Shown: piece by piece, positions 43,051-55,989 of the stretch
Position numbering within the stretch: the stretch's first letter is position 1
Layout of the letters: each line of letters starts with the position of its first letter
Assembly (NCBI GenBank): GCA_001643675.2
Contig: LSRY02000038.1
Span: forward strand, 978,077 to 1,042,076
Direction of reading: 5' to 3'
From: Monocercomonoides exilis PA203
Lineage: Eukaryota > Protista > Preaxostyla
Length of the DNA stretch: 64,000 nucleotides
Made by a program: the position numbers and the translations under genes
Notes under the pieces: generated by a model
Told to the model about the DNA's origin: nothing
The model's database searches: none
The model's input: the letters and a program-made list of their open reading frames with translations, nothing else

Positions 43051-46000
43051 GTCGTTATTCTTTAATGCAGAACCCAAAAGTGTTGGACGATCATTTGTTT
43101 TGTCAAGATACAAATTCTGCTTTTTATCCATTTCAGACATATCATCATATCTCTGTGAACCGTAACATTTTTCTCCCTCATCTTCATCGTCATCTGCAAT
43201 ATCACATGTATCAGCATCGCACTCATTATCATCTTCCATTTGTTTTTGATTCTTCGTTGCAATGTTTCTCAAACGAAAGCCATCAATTTCTTTTTTTTGG
43301 ATTTGTAATATTTATCTTTATTAATTTGAAATATTTTCCTTTCTTTACGGTTTATCCTTAATAAACCTCTTCTTGAATGCTTTCATTTAACTTATCCTTT
43401 TTCATCTCGAACATCTCTCCTTCGACAAGCATGAACCTTTGCAGGTGTTGTTCTTCTTGTGATTTCTTTTGAGCTAATTCTTCCTCCAGCATTTTGAGAC
43501 AAAAGAAATGATCCTCCATTTGATTTTTCCTCCGCTCTTGCTCTATAAATTCAGCCGTTCTGTATTTCTTCCGATTTTTGTCAGTTTTCTAGGTTTGCGA
43601 AAATTTTTTAATGTTGTTCATTATTTTGAAAAGACACTTTTTCTGATTGTCTTTTCTTTTACAAAAATTCTCCTCAACGATTCGCACATCAAAGGAACTC
43701 TTCTCTTCTTGTCAAACCTAATTGATTATTTCATTTTATTCTTCTTTTCTCTCTTCCAAAATGAACATGAAGCATAGAAAAACTTCATTTTCAGTTTTCT
43801 TCAAACTGGAGGCTTGAAGTCCATTTGTGGAATACCCATGAAAAATACTGATTTCTTTTTGTTTAAGTGGAAAAAGCAAAGAAATGATGTTTGTTTAAAA
43901 GGTACCAAATATCAAATACTCTTTTTTTGATTGCTCGTTGTAACAGTAATCAGTTTTTTCTGTTTATGATTCATCGATTTTCATCTTTTTTCAAATGGAA
44001 AATGTGTCCTGTCATTGCGAGATCTCAATACATGGATTGTCATATTCACATGAGTCTTTTTCTTCATCGTTGTCTTCTTCTCACTCGCTTTGTTCTGTTG
44101 TGAAGCATTTGAAAATTTTTCCACAAGGAATGATGCACTCTTCCTACATGTCATTGACGCGAAATATGTCCCTTTTTAAGCGATCAGCATCTTTGGAAAT
44201 TTCTTCACTTTCTGTAATAGCAGAGAGTGATATTGATTTTCCACATGATTTTCTGGATAAACTGCTGTTTTTTCTTCTGTTGATAACAAAGCTTTCAACG
44301 ACACTGTTGCCTTCAAAGCAATCTTCTTTAACTTTTTCACATAGTCAAGCTTCGAAAACGATTTTGGAACTTATCTTTTTTTTTTTTGACTTTTGGTGTC
44401 AGCTCATCTTCTTTGTCACTTTGTTCGACAAAGATTTCAAGTTGCACATGTTCCAAAAAAGATTAAAAGTCAATGAAATTTCGAAGAAGAACGAAAAAAG
44501 AAATCAAACAAGCTATCATTGCGATATAAACATAAAAATCTTCAATGCAACTTCGAAATTCTTTTTTTGTGGGAATCAAATTAGCTTCATTTTCATTTTG
44601 CATCTTCTTGTTTTCACTCATTTTTTGAGCTATGCAATTATTGACCTGAAACATTTGCATTGAAGTTAAATCTTACCATTATGAAATTTAAAGAAATAAC
44701 TTTTATCATGACAGTTGAATTATTTCACAATATGATTCATTTTGAAAAAAATAGATAACGGAGTGAAACAGCTAATTCGATGGATTTCTTTATTTTGATA
44801 GTTTTTTGAAAAGATAATTTTTTGTCAAAATAAAAAATTTTAGAAATCCATTTCAAATAGTGCGAAATGATTAACTTTTCCAAATAAAAGAGGAAAAACA
44901 CTTTTATTCAACTGAGAAATAGTTTGGTTTAGGGGAAAAGTTGAACCTAAATTGAGGATTTCAAGTGTGTGAAAGTTTTTTGTTATTTGCGTTTAACAAA
45001 GAAAAAAAAGCGTTGCTTTATCTTTCTTTTGATGAATACTTTTGTTATTTTGATAATAATAATTGCAATTTTGTTATTGATTTTCATTTGCTAAATAAAA
45101 TATTTGAAGTTTTTTATTATTCCAATTTTCAAGAATTGAATTTGTTTCAATCAAAGGTTAAAATTTATTTATCAAAATAAAAATGATAAGAATCATTATT
45201 GCAAAAAATTTTCATCTTAGTGATTTTTTATAATTTTTTTAAAAAGTTCAACAAGTTGACAAAACCATTTGAAATAAAAGAAGTTTATGAAAATGTGAAT
45301 TAAGTTAATTCAAGTTAATGAAGAAATAATGTGTTGATAAAGATAAATGAAATATTGAGATATTTTGTTGAAAAATAACAATTTAGTGATTAAAAGATTT
45401 ATTTGTCAGGAAATTTTAATAATTATTTCACTCAAAAATATAGCAACCATTTACATTATTTTTTGATAACAAATTCAAATATTCGGCAATCTCATTCAAA
45501 ACATTTGCTTTTAAATATCCAAAGCAAGAGGTTTCAATTCTTTTTACAGCTTGAAAGCAATCATTGTCAAAGTTCTTGTTATAATTATATTCACTTATAT
45601 GGGTGATTTTTTTTGATATCATAAAAAATTCCGACGTTTGATCAAAATATTTTTTCATTAAGGGTGTGGTTGATAAGAAAATTTTTATTTAAAGTTGCAT
45701 GAGAATATAGTTTAATATATTATTGTTATTAATTATTTGTTGATTTTAATTTGTTTCTTATAGTTTTTATTACTTGTTTTCAAAAAAAACATAAAAAATT
45801 ATTCACGAAATTTCAATACTGAAAAAAACAGAACATAATAATTGTTCAGTCGTAAATATAACATGATAACAATAATTAATAACACTCAATCAATCAATTT
45901 TTCATAAAAAACTAGTTTTATGATGTTAGAGAAAATGAACAAAATAAATTTTTAAGCTTCAATCTTCAAATATAAAATGAAATCAATAGAATTTCAACAG

Positions 46001-48815
46001 ATTTATCAGCTGTTTTGTCATCTTTCCCAATAGCATTTTCGCTTCTAACTTCTTAAATTTCTTGCGCTTCTGAAAAATGTGAAACTTGTGTTTTCTTTTC
46101 AATTCCACACTCAATATCCAAAAACTATTTTTTGCAAAAATATCATCTCCAATTTCCTTCCAATCCCTTCACCCTGGGTACTTTTCATATGAATCTACTC
46201 TCCCAACTCGATTATCATTCTTGCACAACGAGATATCCCGCTTTTTCTCATTTTCATCCATTTCCACCTCCTGCCCTGAAAACAACACAAAAACAGTCAA
46301 CAGGTTAATATTCATATAAAAAGATAAATAAAGACCAAACTGCCCTTCGACTGTTTTTTGCCAAACAGCTTCATTTCCACGGCCATCATCATTCAAAAAT
46401 TCAATCTCTTCATTTCAGTCTCAGAATGGTTGAATTCAGCATGGAATGCATCTCCACAAAATACATCGTGCATTTCACTGGAGGGTCTTTTCAGGCCGTA
46501 CACATTGTGATGGATGTCCAGAGGTGTTTTTTCTGTTTTTGCCATGATCATCTCCTTTTATAATATTCTCAACCACACAAATCAATGTTTGATGTTTATC
46601 TCATCAACACCAGGCCCAGGAGATATATGGCACATACAAGTGATGGAAGTTTGATTTTTGTGGCAGGGGGTGGGAGTTGAGTGTTTTTTTGAATGTCATT
46701 GCTTCAAGAGGGGCTTTTGAAAGGAAGAAATTCTGAGGCAAAGGGGTGGGGAAGAGCAAGTGGAGATTTGGAGAAGATAATATAGTAAATATATAGAGAA
46801 GTGGCTGAGGATGATGAAGAAGGTGATTATTGTTGATTGGAAAAATGGATCTTGAAGAGAAAGAAAAGAGTGTTAAAGTGAGCAAGAAGAGGAGAAATAT
46901 TGTGAAATATTCAAATGGAAGAGGGGTATCTTTTCTGAGAGAGGAAGAATATTTTATGGAAGAGAATGGGAAAGATGAAGAAAAGGAAGAAATTGATATT
47001 TAATGATGATTTTGTGATCTGAATGGAAGATGAAAATGGAAGGGAATGGAAATTAAGAAATATCTTCGTTTTTTTGTTTCTAAGTGAAGGGCAGAACAAT
47101 TGCAAAAAGAAAGTTAATAAACTGAGGATGTCATTTTTCATCAATTAATTTCGGTCAGACTTCCACAAATATTGTGATTACGATTGTTTTACCATATATG
47201 AAATCAACTCATTGAATAGAATATTTGGAACAATCAACTACTTCATACAAAATATTCCCAACATCATAAATATCGACGACTGATTTCACATTTCTCAACT
47301 TCATCTTCTTCTTCGTCGTCTTCTTCTTCTTCACCTTTTTCTTCTTCATATTTTTCTTCTTCACCTTCTTCTTCTTCTTCTTCTCCATCTCCTCCTCCTC
47401 CTCCTCCTCCTCCTCCTCCTCCTCCTCCTTCTTCTTCTTCTTCTTCTATATCTGCTTTTCCTTCATTCACATTATCCGCCTTTTCATTTGTCTCAGCCAC
47501 TGCCCTCATCTTCCCTGTACCCGCCATCACTCAAACAACCACGTCAATAACACGCATGCACTCATCAACAGCTTGCTTCTCTGAGATAAGCACCTCAAAC
47601 ACTCCAGTTTCTACCACTTTTGAGTTAGCCACGCTTCGCTCTTTCTTTGATGACACATCGTCTTCTGTTTCTGCATCACTGTTGGCTCCGACGATTGTGC
47701 TTGGGGTATCTGCAACTGCATCCATTGTATCATCATCTTCTTCTTTGTCATCGTCTTCTTCCCATCCTCCTCCTTTTTCTTTATTCTCTTCATAATCATC
47801 ACTGTCGATGTGTTCTGTTGGATTTCAGGTTAAACATTTGAACGGCTTTCCTCTTCTACAGCGGTACATCTTGCTCTTCTTAAAGAGCTCGTTCTTCTTC
47901 AGTACACAAGCTCTCCTAATGAGATGAACGGAAATGAGAAGAGAAATGGGAGTGGGAAGGGGAAGGTACTGCCAGCACATCGCAATAATCCACTCACTTT
48001 TTGAATCCGCCAAGGAGCAAAGAGCGAGGAGTGCGCGATCAAATGAAAGAGGCAAAGAGAGCGGAGTACAGTGGCAAGATGAATGCGGCGCAGAATAAAG
48101 GGAGACAACGGGAAAAGGCAAAGGTGAAGATGCAGACGAACAAGAAAGACGTATTTTGCACATCGCAAATCGACTCTTTCGACACAATACAAGAACAGGC
48201 AGCAATAGAAAGAAGGAGGAGGGACGAGGGAAGGGAAAGAGAAATGAAGTTCATCAGAAATTTTGCTTATTCGATAGTGCACTTTCATCTGCTCGTCCGA
48301 ATACTCAAAATACCACAGCCTACTCAACATTTGCCACTTCTTTTTCTTCCTTGCCACACGCACAATTGTCTTCCCCTTCTGTTCTGGTTGGAACTCCTCC
48401 AAAACCACTCACTCCTTCATCTTCTGCCACAGACACCTCTTCACTCACACAGAAGTCCTTCGACATGACTAGCCCAAGCTCTGCCTTTTTATCAAACATG
48501 TCTTCTTCCTCTCCTTCTTTTTCCATTTCTTCCTTCTCACTGCCTATCACATGTGCGATTCTCGGGAAAAGCAGATTGGGCAATGCAGGTGTGTTTGCAA
48601 TCAGCTGCGTGTAAGCGACGAGGGATGTGTTTGAGCCACAGAGCATCCTTCTGAACTTTGCAGCGTATGCGGCTAACCTGGGGATTCGGGTGGGTGGTGA
48701 GAAGGAGGGGAAGAGAGAGAAGAAGGATGAGAAGAGGAGTGTAAATGAGCTTGAAAGTGATAAAGATGAAAAGGGATTGTTGTATCTGACAGATAAATGC
48801 ATCGATAATGAGAAA

Positions 48816-48847
<32 letters not shown>

Positions 48848-49299
48848 AGAAGAAGATGGATTCGACAAAGAAATTCGAAAGGCTTAGAATGAATGTTTTT
48901 TAAATAGAAGATGAAAGGAGCTGAAACGAAGAAAAAGCCCGTTACGACACTATCAACGTTTTGTTTTGATTTTCTTCCTGAAATCAAAAATTGAAGAAGG
49001 ATTCAGCAGCTAATTATCGAAACACCATTCCCTTTCTCAACATTTGCTTCTGCAAGCACATCATCTTCATTCACTTCTTCTTCATTTCCCATTTCTTCTT
49101 TCTTCTTCTTCTTCTTCTTCCTTTTCATCATCATTTTCCTCCTTATCCTCTTCTGCCTCTTCTCGCTTCTAAAGTTCTGCTGGCGTAATAGCTTTTGGTG
49201 AAAGAACCACAACCTCCATTTTCAACCCCACCTTCTTCATCACCTTCTCCTCAGCTTCTTCCTTGCATAAGATTGTGTAATCCCTTACTAAATCGCATC

Positions 49300-49835
49300 G
49301 TCGTCGATCTTAGTTATAGAACGCTTTGGCTACGGTGATAAAAACTCTATCAACGCTATCGCAAACGGAAGCAGCTAAGGGTTAAACAGATTATAACCTC
49401 AAAGAACTCATTCACATCCACTGTAGAACAAATATTTGCTCTCCAATTTCGTTCACATCGAAGCAGTAAACGAAAGAATCTGCAACACCAGCAAAACAGA
49501 AAGCATTTCCAAAGCGTCACATCGCAGGGATGCGCAACAACCCAACTCAGCATATCACGTATTACCACAACATATTCACGTGGTAACAGCAGCAGCAGCG
49601 ATACCAGATACAGTGGCATGCGACTCATATTCACCTCAGCCGCATTTCGATATCGTCAATTACAGCTGCTAACGTATATGTTGCTGACAAGACCGATGCA
49701 TCCGAATGACCAATAACAGATGCTGTTGATGAAGACAAAGACAGCTTATCGTCTCCTGTCACCTTTTTCTCTTTGCTTTTTCGCCTCCTGAATGGCGAAG
49801 CAGATCTCCACGCTGCTCCACTTGAAGAAAGATGA
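49300..49835 (-). pseudogene. Second, more degraded copy of the IQCH-like segment at 26.4-26.9 kb
   Basis: SASPFRRRKSKEKKVTGDDKLSLSSSTASVIGHSD aligns with TASPFWRRRSEKKNAAGDDKPLLYSSAPVIDSLN of the 26655-27071 ORF. Nucleotide similarity is visible (cgcctcc.gaatggcgaagc). Confidence 0.6.
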
Positions 49836-51229
49836 AAAAGAAGAATGAATAATGAAGAATGAAGAATGGAGAATGGAGAATGAAGTTGAATGAATAGAAG
49901 AAGCAGAAGAACGTTTATCAAGGTTCGAGAATAACTTGGATTTTTTTGTTCAAAGCGAAGATTCCGAAAGAGACAAGCGAAAATGTTTCCAAAACCTGAT
50001 GAATCTGAACATTTTGAGATAAAAAAGAGAAAGACCATGCTTCTGTCAGCTCAAAAATTGAAGGATCTTCCAGTTTCTTATTCTTCCACAGCATTTCCAT
50101 TGACATATCTGTTAGTAACTTGCAATAGAGTGAATGACTTAAAGTATTTCTATCATTTTCATTGGCAAAATATCCTTATTCCTCCTTCTCCTTCTCCTTC
50201 TCCTTCCTCTTCCTCTTCCTTCGTTCACCTCTTCGATCACGCAGAACCGGCTGATCTTCATGTCAGGAAAGAGTCCACATTCTGAAGTTTGTTGATTTCT
50301 GTGTGCCAAGTTGACGCTGCTCATGGAGCAGCTGAACTTGTTGAAGGAGTTGAAGGAGAAGGTGTTTGCGAGAGAGGTGAGGTGGAATATGTTGTGGTTG
50401 TGAAAAGTGAGACCGTTGATGAACGTGTGGTTGAAGAAGAGGGAGCTGACTGAGAGGAGAAGATAATAAAGAAAATGAACGAAGTGAATTCGCAGAAAAA
50501 ACTTAATGGATCTTTTTTCGTTTGAGAAGCGATAAAAGGATGTCATGAGATGAATGGAGAGAAAAGTGTTGGAGATCAAAGAAGAAAATACAGCAATATT
50601 TTCAAATGGGGGATTTCGATGAAGTGGAGCTGAAACAGAAGAAAGATGGGTGGTGAATGGAGAATAAAGTTAAAGAATCATTTCAAAAGAATAATTAGGA
50701 AAGAAAACTCGAGATTGACTCTGTTGTGATCTTCCAATGCTATTTCCTTTCCATTTTGTTTATTGTTATAATAAATCGTTGGAATGAACTGCTGGAGCAG
50801 GAACTTGGTGATGATGTTTCATATCAATAAATATAAAAAACATTGCATCCAATTTTAAATAAACTAATTATGTATATTAATATCTATCTGTATTATTTCT
50901 TTGTTTATTAGAACAGTTTAGAAAGTCTTGAAACTTCTATTTTCCTTTCAAAGATTGATTTTTTAATTTTTTATTGAAATCTGGATCAATAAATTCTTTT
51001 CCACAAAAACATCAAAAAGGTATGTTATTATGTTTAAATAAATAAAACAAATATATATGACAGAAATGAAAATTAAATACTTGCAAAAAAATTAATTAAA
51101 CTCTTTGATCAAAAAATACCACAATAGATTTTTTTTTCTATTTTTGATCTTTTTTTATGATGTCAAAAAAAATCACCCATATATCTATTATGATTTCATT
51201 TTTGTTAATTTAAATTTTTTTTTGGGATA

Positions 51230-52050
51230 TTTGTAAAAGATAAAGAAGCTGAAGAATTGGATAAACCATACTTTGACATGCCAGCAAGCGAGGATGAGTT
51301 TTTTGCTGAATGCGGGATAGCTACAAAAAGGGAGACAAAATTACAAAAAACCTTAAAAAAAAAGCAAACCGCTTTCATTACAACGTTATATTCAACAAGT
51401 TCCAATTCTTTCTCCTTCTCTCCATCGCAAATATAGACGGGCGGAAAAACTCTACGTGCCATATGCCAAATTACTTAAAAGCCAACCTTTTCCAATACAA
51501 TCATCAACAATCTCTTCATTCATTCAATTTCTCTGCATTGAATGTTTATATTTGATAAAAAGTGTTGAAAATGTTATTATCACATCTTTAAAATCGTAAC
51601 ATCTTCGACAGACAAAAGAATTCGACTTTTCTAGTGAACAAAAACAAACAATTCGATCTGCATTTTCTTCTGTTAGGAAAAGTGGATGCTTCAAAAGAAA
51701 AGGAGATGGAAAAGAAGCAGCATTATTGGATGATGTGGCTTTCATCATTGAGAGAGACAATTCCAGCAATATGCTTTTTGATTTGGATTGCTCACTTATT
51801 CTATTTGCTGTGCATTACGGAGCAAGATCAATCAGATGTGCAAACGTTTTTAGGGGGATTTCAAAAACGTCATAGTTTCGAATTTCCGTGCGGATTACGT
51901 CTTGGTTGAAATCCCAATAAGAAGGCTAAAGTTCCATCGGAATTCAAACCATTCAGTCACAATTGAAGGAAAATTTGAACATTCAAGTTTGCAGGTTTGG
52001 GTTATTTCTTGCATAAACTAATGAAACATCAATTAGAACAGTTTTCGAGG
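51230..52050 (+). mobile_element. Decayed, 3'-truncated tyrosine recombinase gene, relic YR4
   Basis: QPFPIQSSTISSFIQFLCIECLY..VIITSLKS (N-terminal block shared with YR3 and YR5) and CSLILFAVHYGARSIRCANV (box I). Confidence 0.6.
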
Positions 52051-52394
52051 CTCAAGACAATTTGAACTTTACAGAATATTACGAAATTTTATGTCATTTT
52101 TCGTTTTGAAGACAAAATTCTGAAAAATTCCATACTTAATACAAATATTATTATTAAACATGATCCTGTTAGCAAAATAAAACCCTTTCGTAGTGATGTT
52201 TGAATTTTTCTGACTTATCTGTGATTATTCTTCATCATGGAACAATATGCTGAATTTTACAAACCGAAATTTTATCATCCACACTATATATTTCTTCAAG
52301 TTTTTAAAATTCCATCACCTCTCTGAAACTTTTTCAAAGTGATCTTTTTAAAGGCACCCCTGGAACATTTTTCATTTTTATTCACTTATATATA

Positions 52395-52937
52395 TTGAAA
52401 ATATTGCAATTTTTCAATTTTGTTTCCAAAAATAAAACAAAAAAGCTTACACTGGAAAATATTGATTATCAGAAAAAAGTTGAAAGCCTACCCCAAACAT
52501 CTGACGATGCATATATTGCAAGAGAGAAAGTGTGCAAAAAGATGATGAAGCTTATGCAACACTTCCTTTCTCCAACAAAAACAAAAACACACCAATCACA
52601 TCACTCTTTTCTCTCCTTCTCCACTCCTCAACGAAACAATTCTTCTTTTTCTGCAATCTTAACACCACACAGAACAACCAAAACACTTTTTTCAACATAC
52701 GAATTAAACTCTGCATCTGTTGAAAAAGAAACAATGAAATGCGAAAATGAAAAGGAAGAAAAAAAGAAAAAGAAAAAAAATGATGAAAAAAGTGATTCAG
52801 ATAATGAAAATTTAGATAATTATGTAAATTGTTTGGATTCTTCCAGTGAACAGAAAGAAAATGAATTAGAGGAATATGTAATCAAAGAAAAAGCACATTC
52901 GATAATTGAATTTAGAAAATTGAAACGAAAACTTTAG
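52395..52937 (+). CDS. Hypothetical Lys/Glu-rich ORF of unknown function, possibly a fragment
   Basis: 180-codon open frame with protein-like composition and no recognised motif. Starts at a non-ATG codon in the ORF track. Confidence 0.25.
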   Translation: MKILQFFNFVSKNKTKKLTLENIDYQKKVESLPQTSDDAYIAREKVCKKMMKLMQHFLSPTKTKTHQSHHSFLSFSTPQRNNSSFSAILTPHRTTKTLFSTYELNSASVEKETMKCENEKEEKKKKKKNDEKSDSDNENLDNYVNCLDSSSEQKENELEEYVIKEKAHSIIEFRKLKRKL

Positions 52938-53269
52938 TCAAATTTAATCACCATCAACTCACAACACAGAACATTCATAATGTCAAAAAATCTTATCCAT
53001 CTCTGCTTTAAACTTATCTTCTTGGTGAATGGGAACATAACGTTCTGTTTAAAAAGGCTTTCATTTTGAAATCTTCTAAAAGAAATATCAATAATACGTT
53101 ATTATGAAACTATTTATGTGGTGAATGAAGAGATTTAAAAATGCCGAAATTCAAATAAAAATTGATCAAACCCATTATATAATTTTTTTGTGAACAAATT
53201 TTTTTATTTTTGATGTATTTGTTATATATACAAACCATGAATTTTTTATTTTTTGTATATTTCCATCCT

Positions 53270-54245
53270 TATGACATCCTGTTTGAATGATTCAAACGTA
53301 GAAATAAGCAAAATGAATGAAACTTTCTCTTGTCTTTCTTGTTCTTTCGATTTGCTTATTGAGAACATTCTTCAAAATAAAGAAAAACGATTCCAAAAAT
53401 GCAAAAAGAAAATTCGTATATATACAAGATCGGAGACAATGAGGCAGTTTGGATGTTATAAATGTGGAAAGGCAAAAAGCATTTTAGATGGAACTTCGTT
53501 TCGATATTCAAAGATTCCAGTCAATAAACTTCTTCATATCTTTCTGTATTTTTCTCTAAAATTGAGCATCACTCAATCAAGCATTTAACTTTAAGTTCAC
53601 AGAAAGACAGTTGAATTCAGGTTTCCTCGTTACCAATCAATTTCTTCAAAAATCATAACGGAATGTTTAAAACTTATTGGTGAAGAGGGTCATATAGTGG
53701 ATGTCTACGAAGCTATATTGAGAAAAAGAAAATTTCATAAAGGAAGGAAAAAGGCACAAATCTGGCTTTTTTGAGGAAAAGAAAGAAAGCATGAAGATGG
53801 AGGAGGAAGATTTTTTATAATTCGCGTGAGGAACAGAAGCAGAAGAACTTTATTCCCTGTCATTTTAGCTATTATAAAACAAAAGACAGCAATTTACATA
53901 GATGAACGGAGAACTTACAACCGCCTAAAAGATCACAATTTCACTCTCATGACTATGTGTCACAAATATCATTTTGTTGACCCAATTACAGGTGTTTGAA
54001 CAAATAGAATATATGGTTTGTGGTCAAGGTTTCGTGCGTTTTTGCCTAGAACTGGTGCAAAAGACAAATTCATTGATGATTTCATTGCTAATTTCATGTT
54101 TCATTCTTCAAAGAATTACACTTTCAAAAAATTAGCAAAAGAAATAATGAACTCTCTTCCAACTGATGATAAAAAAGACGATGATGAATCAAGAAAAATT
54201 GATGGAGATGATGATTTAATGAACCCACTTTGTGGAAGACTCTGA
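53270..54245 (+). mobile_element. Merlin / IS1595 (ISXO2-like) DDE transposase pseudogene
   Basis: Read through stops: GCYKCGKAKSILDGTSF (Zn ribbon), LIGEEGHIVDVYEAILRKRKFHKGRKKAQIWLF*GKER, RSRRTLFPVILAIIKQKTAIYIDERRTYNRL, TMCHKYHFVDPITGV*TNRIYGLWSRFR. This is the typical ISXO2/Merlin motif order. TIRs not identified. Confidence 0.85.
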
Positions 54246-54689
54246 TTCAAGCAGCAGTTGCAGCAGTTTTGGAGCAGGAGATGGCTTATCTGCATCTGAG
54301 TGTGAGGATTCACAGAAATTTTTGGACCGCAATTGTCTTTTAAAAAAATATTTAAGGAATTTTTATTTTCTCAAACACTTTTCGATCTCTTCATTCACCA
54401 CATAAATAGTTTTGTAATAACTTATTGTTGATATATCTTTAAGAAGATTTCAAAATAAAAGCCTTTTTTAACAGTACGTTTTGTTCCCACTTACCATCTT
54501 CTTCCATTTTCCCTTCGGTTCCTTCTTCCTCTTCTTCTTCTTTATCTTCCTCCTCCTCCTCCTCCTCCACCCCCTTCGCTCAGTCAACAACATCCACATC
54601 TCAATCGCAACAGCTTTACGCCTCCCATTAGTTTCCGAGAAAGATAGATTCGTCATTGAAGAGAGTGGGGAAAAAAGGTGCGAAACAAT

Positions 54690-55950
54690 ATATGAAGATT
54701 AAAACACTATGGTCAAAAGCAACTCAAAAGAAGCACGGTTTGGTTGAGAGGTTGCTTATAAAATATGCTGAAGTTGTTGAAGAAAAACCATGGCCTCTGA
54801 CTCCTGACCTTGCTCGAGCATTTGTTCTTTTCTGTGGAAAAGAATTCAAATACCCTCTGACATTTTTCGGCTATGTCGTCATTCACTCCCTGAAAAGAAT
54901 CAACATAGAAATGAGAGGAAAAAAACTTAATAAGAAAACATCCATCACAATGAGAGAGGCCGTGCGTTGTCTTCGTTTCGCTAGAAATGTTGAAAAGAAT
55001 GTTATAATAAAATAACCAGCATTAATCAGAGATGTTAAAAGAATAGTTGAATTCATACCTTCTTCACTTGAATCCAGGGAGATGGAGGCTTCATTATGCT
55101 TGGTGGCTGTCCACACATGTGCACGGGCTATCACTTTGGCAAACGTGCATCTCTCAGACATAACAAGAGTAATCAAATCAGAAAAAACAAAGAAATTTTT
55201 GTTCACACTTCGATATAATCGAACCAAGGGCTCAGCAAATTGGAGGCACGAGGTTACAATAGAAGGACAGGAGGAGGAAGAAAGCGGAGACGACCCTGTG
55301 TTTTGGCTTATGGATTATCTTATGAAAAGATGTGGAATTGTTTTATCAGAATGGTAGTTAGGAAAAAACAAAGCAAACCTCGAAGAATTGCTGTGCCCAA
55401 TCAGCACCGACTCAATGTGTAAATGATTTAAAACTCAAACGGTCAACGCGGGCTATCCGAGGAGCCTCTTTCACTTCCATTTCCTATGAAGTGGTTTCAT
55501 AAACTCTGCACTCCAAAAATGTGAGTCAAAAAAATTCAACAAAGAAAAATTTTTGAAAACACGGTTATAACTGCAGGATGGACACCTTTCGAATTGTCTC
55601 AGGCAGGTTTCATCAAAAACGTTGTGAAGAGCGAGATGGTTTCCTCTAGGCTAGTCAGACACAAAGAAGAAGGTGAGAACGAGCTTATTATTGATGAAAC
55701 GTTGCTTGAGCAAAAAACGTTTCATTGTAATTCAAAAACATTTGCAAGTGATGAGAAAAGCCCATATGATTCAAACAAAGCCATCGTTAAAGAAAGAGCG
55801 AGAAAGTCTTTCGGAAAGGAAGAAGTGGTAATATGTTTGATAGAAAGATTTGTGAATAATGGATCAAAGAAATCGATTGAAGAGAATGAAGATTTGAAGA
55901 TTATTGCAGAAAATTCAATGGAAAATATTAATAAGAAAAAAGAAGGATAA
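54690..55950 (+). mobile_element. Most complete decayed tyrosine recombinase gene, relic YR5
   Basis: KPWPLTPDLARAFVLFCGKEFKY..HSLKRI, EASLCLVAVHTCARAITLANVHLSDI..RYNRTKGSANWRHEVTIEG, AGYPRSLFHFHFL*SGF and TAGWTPFELSQAGFIK. Several stops and frameshifts. Confidence 0.8.
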
Positions 55951-55989
55951 AAGAAAATACACTTTTACTCTTTTGCTGCAAGATTTGCA

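Noticed and set aside
45950-49250. Coding-like decayed sequence with acidic and Ser-rich ORFs
   Set aside because: Probably gene relics, but I could not assign a family or a consistent frame.
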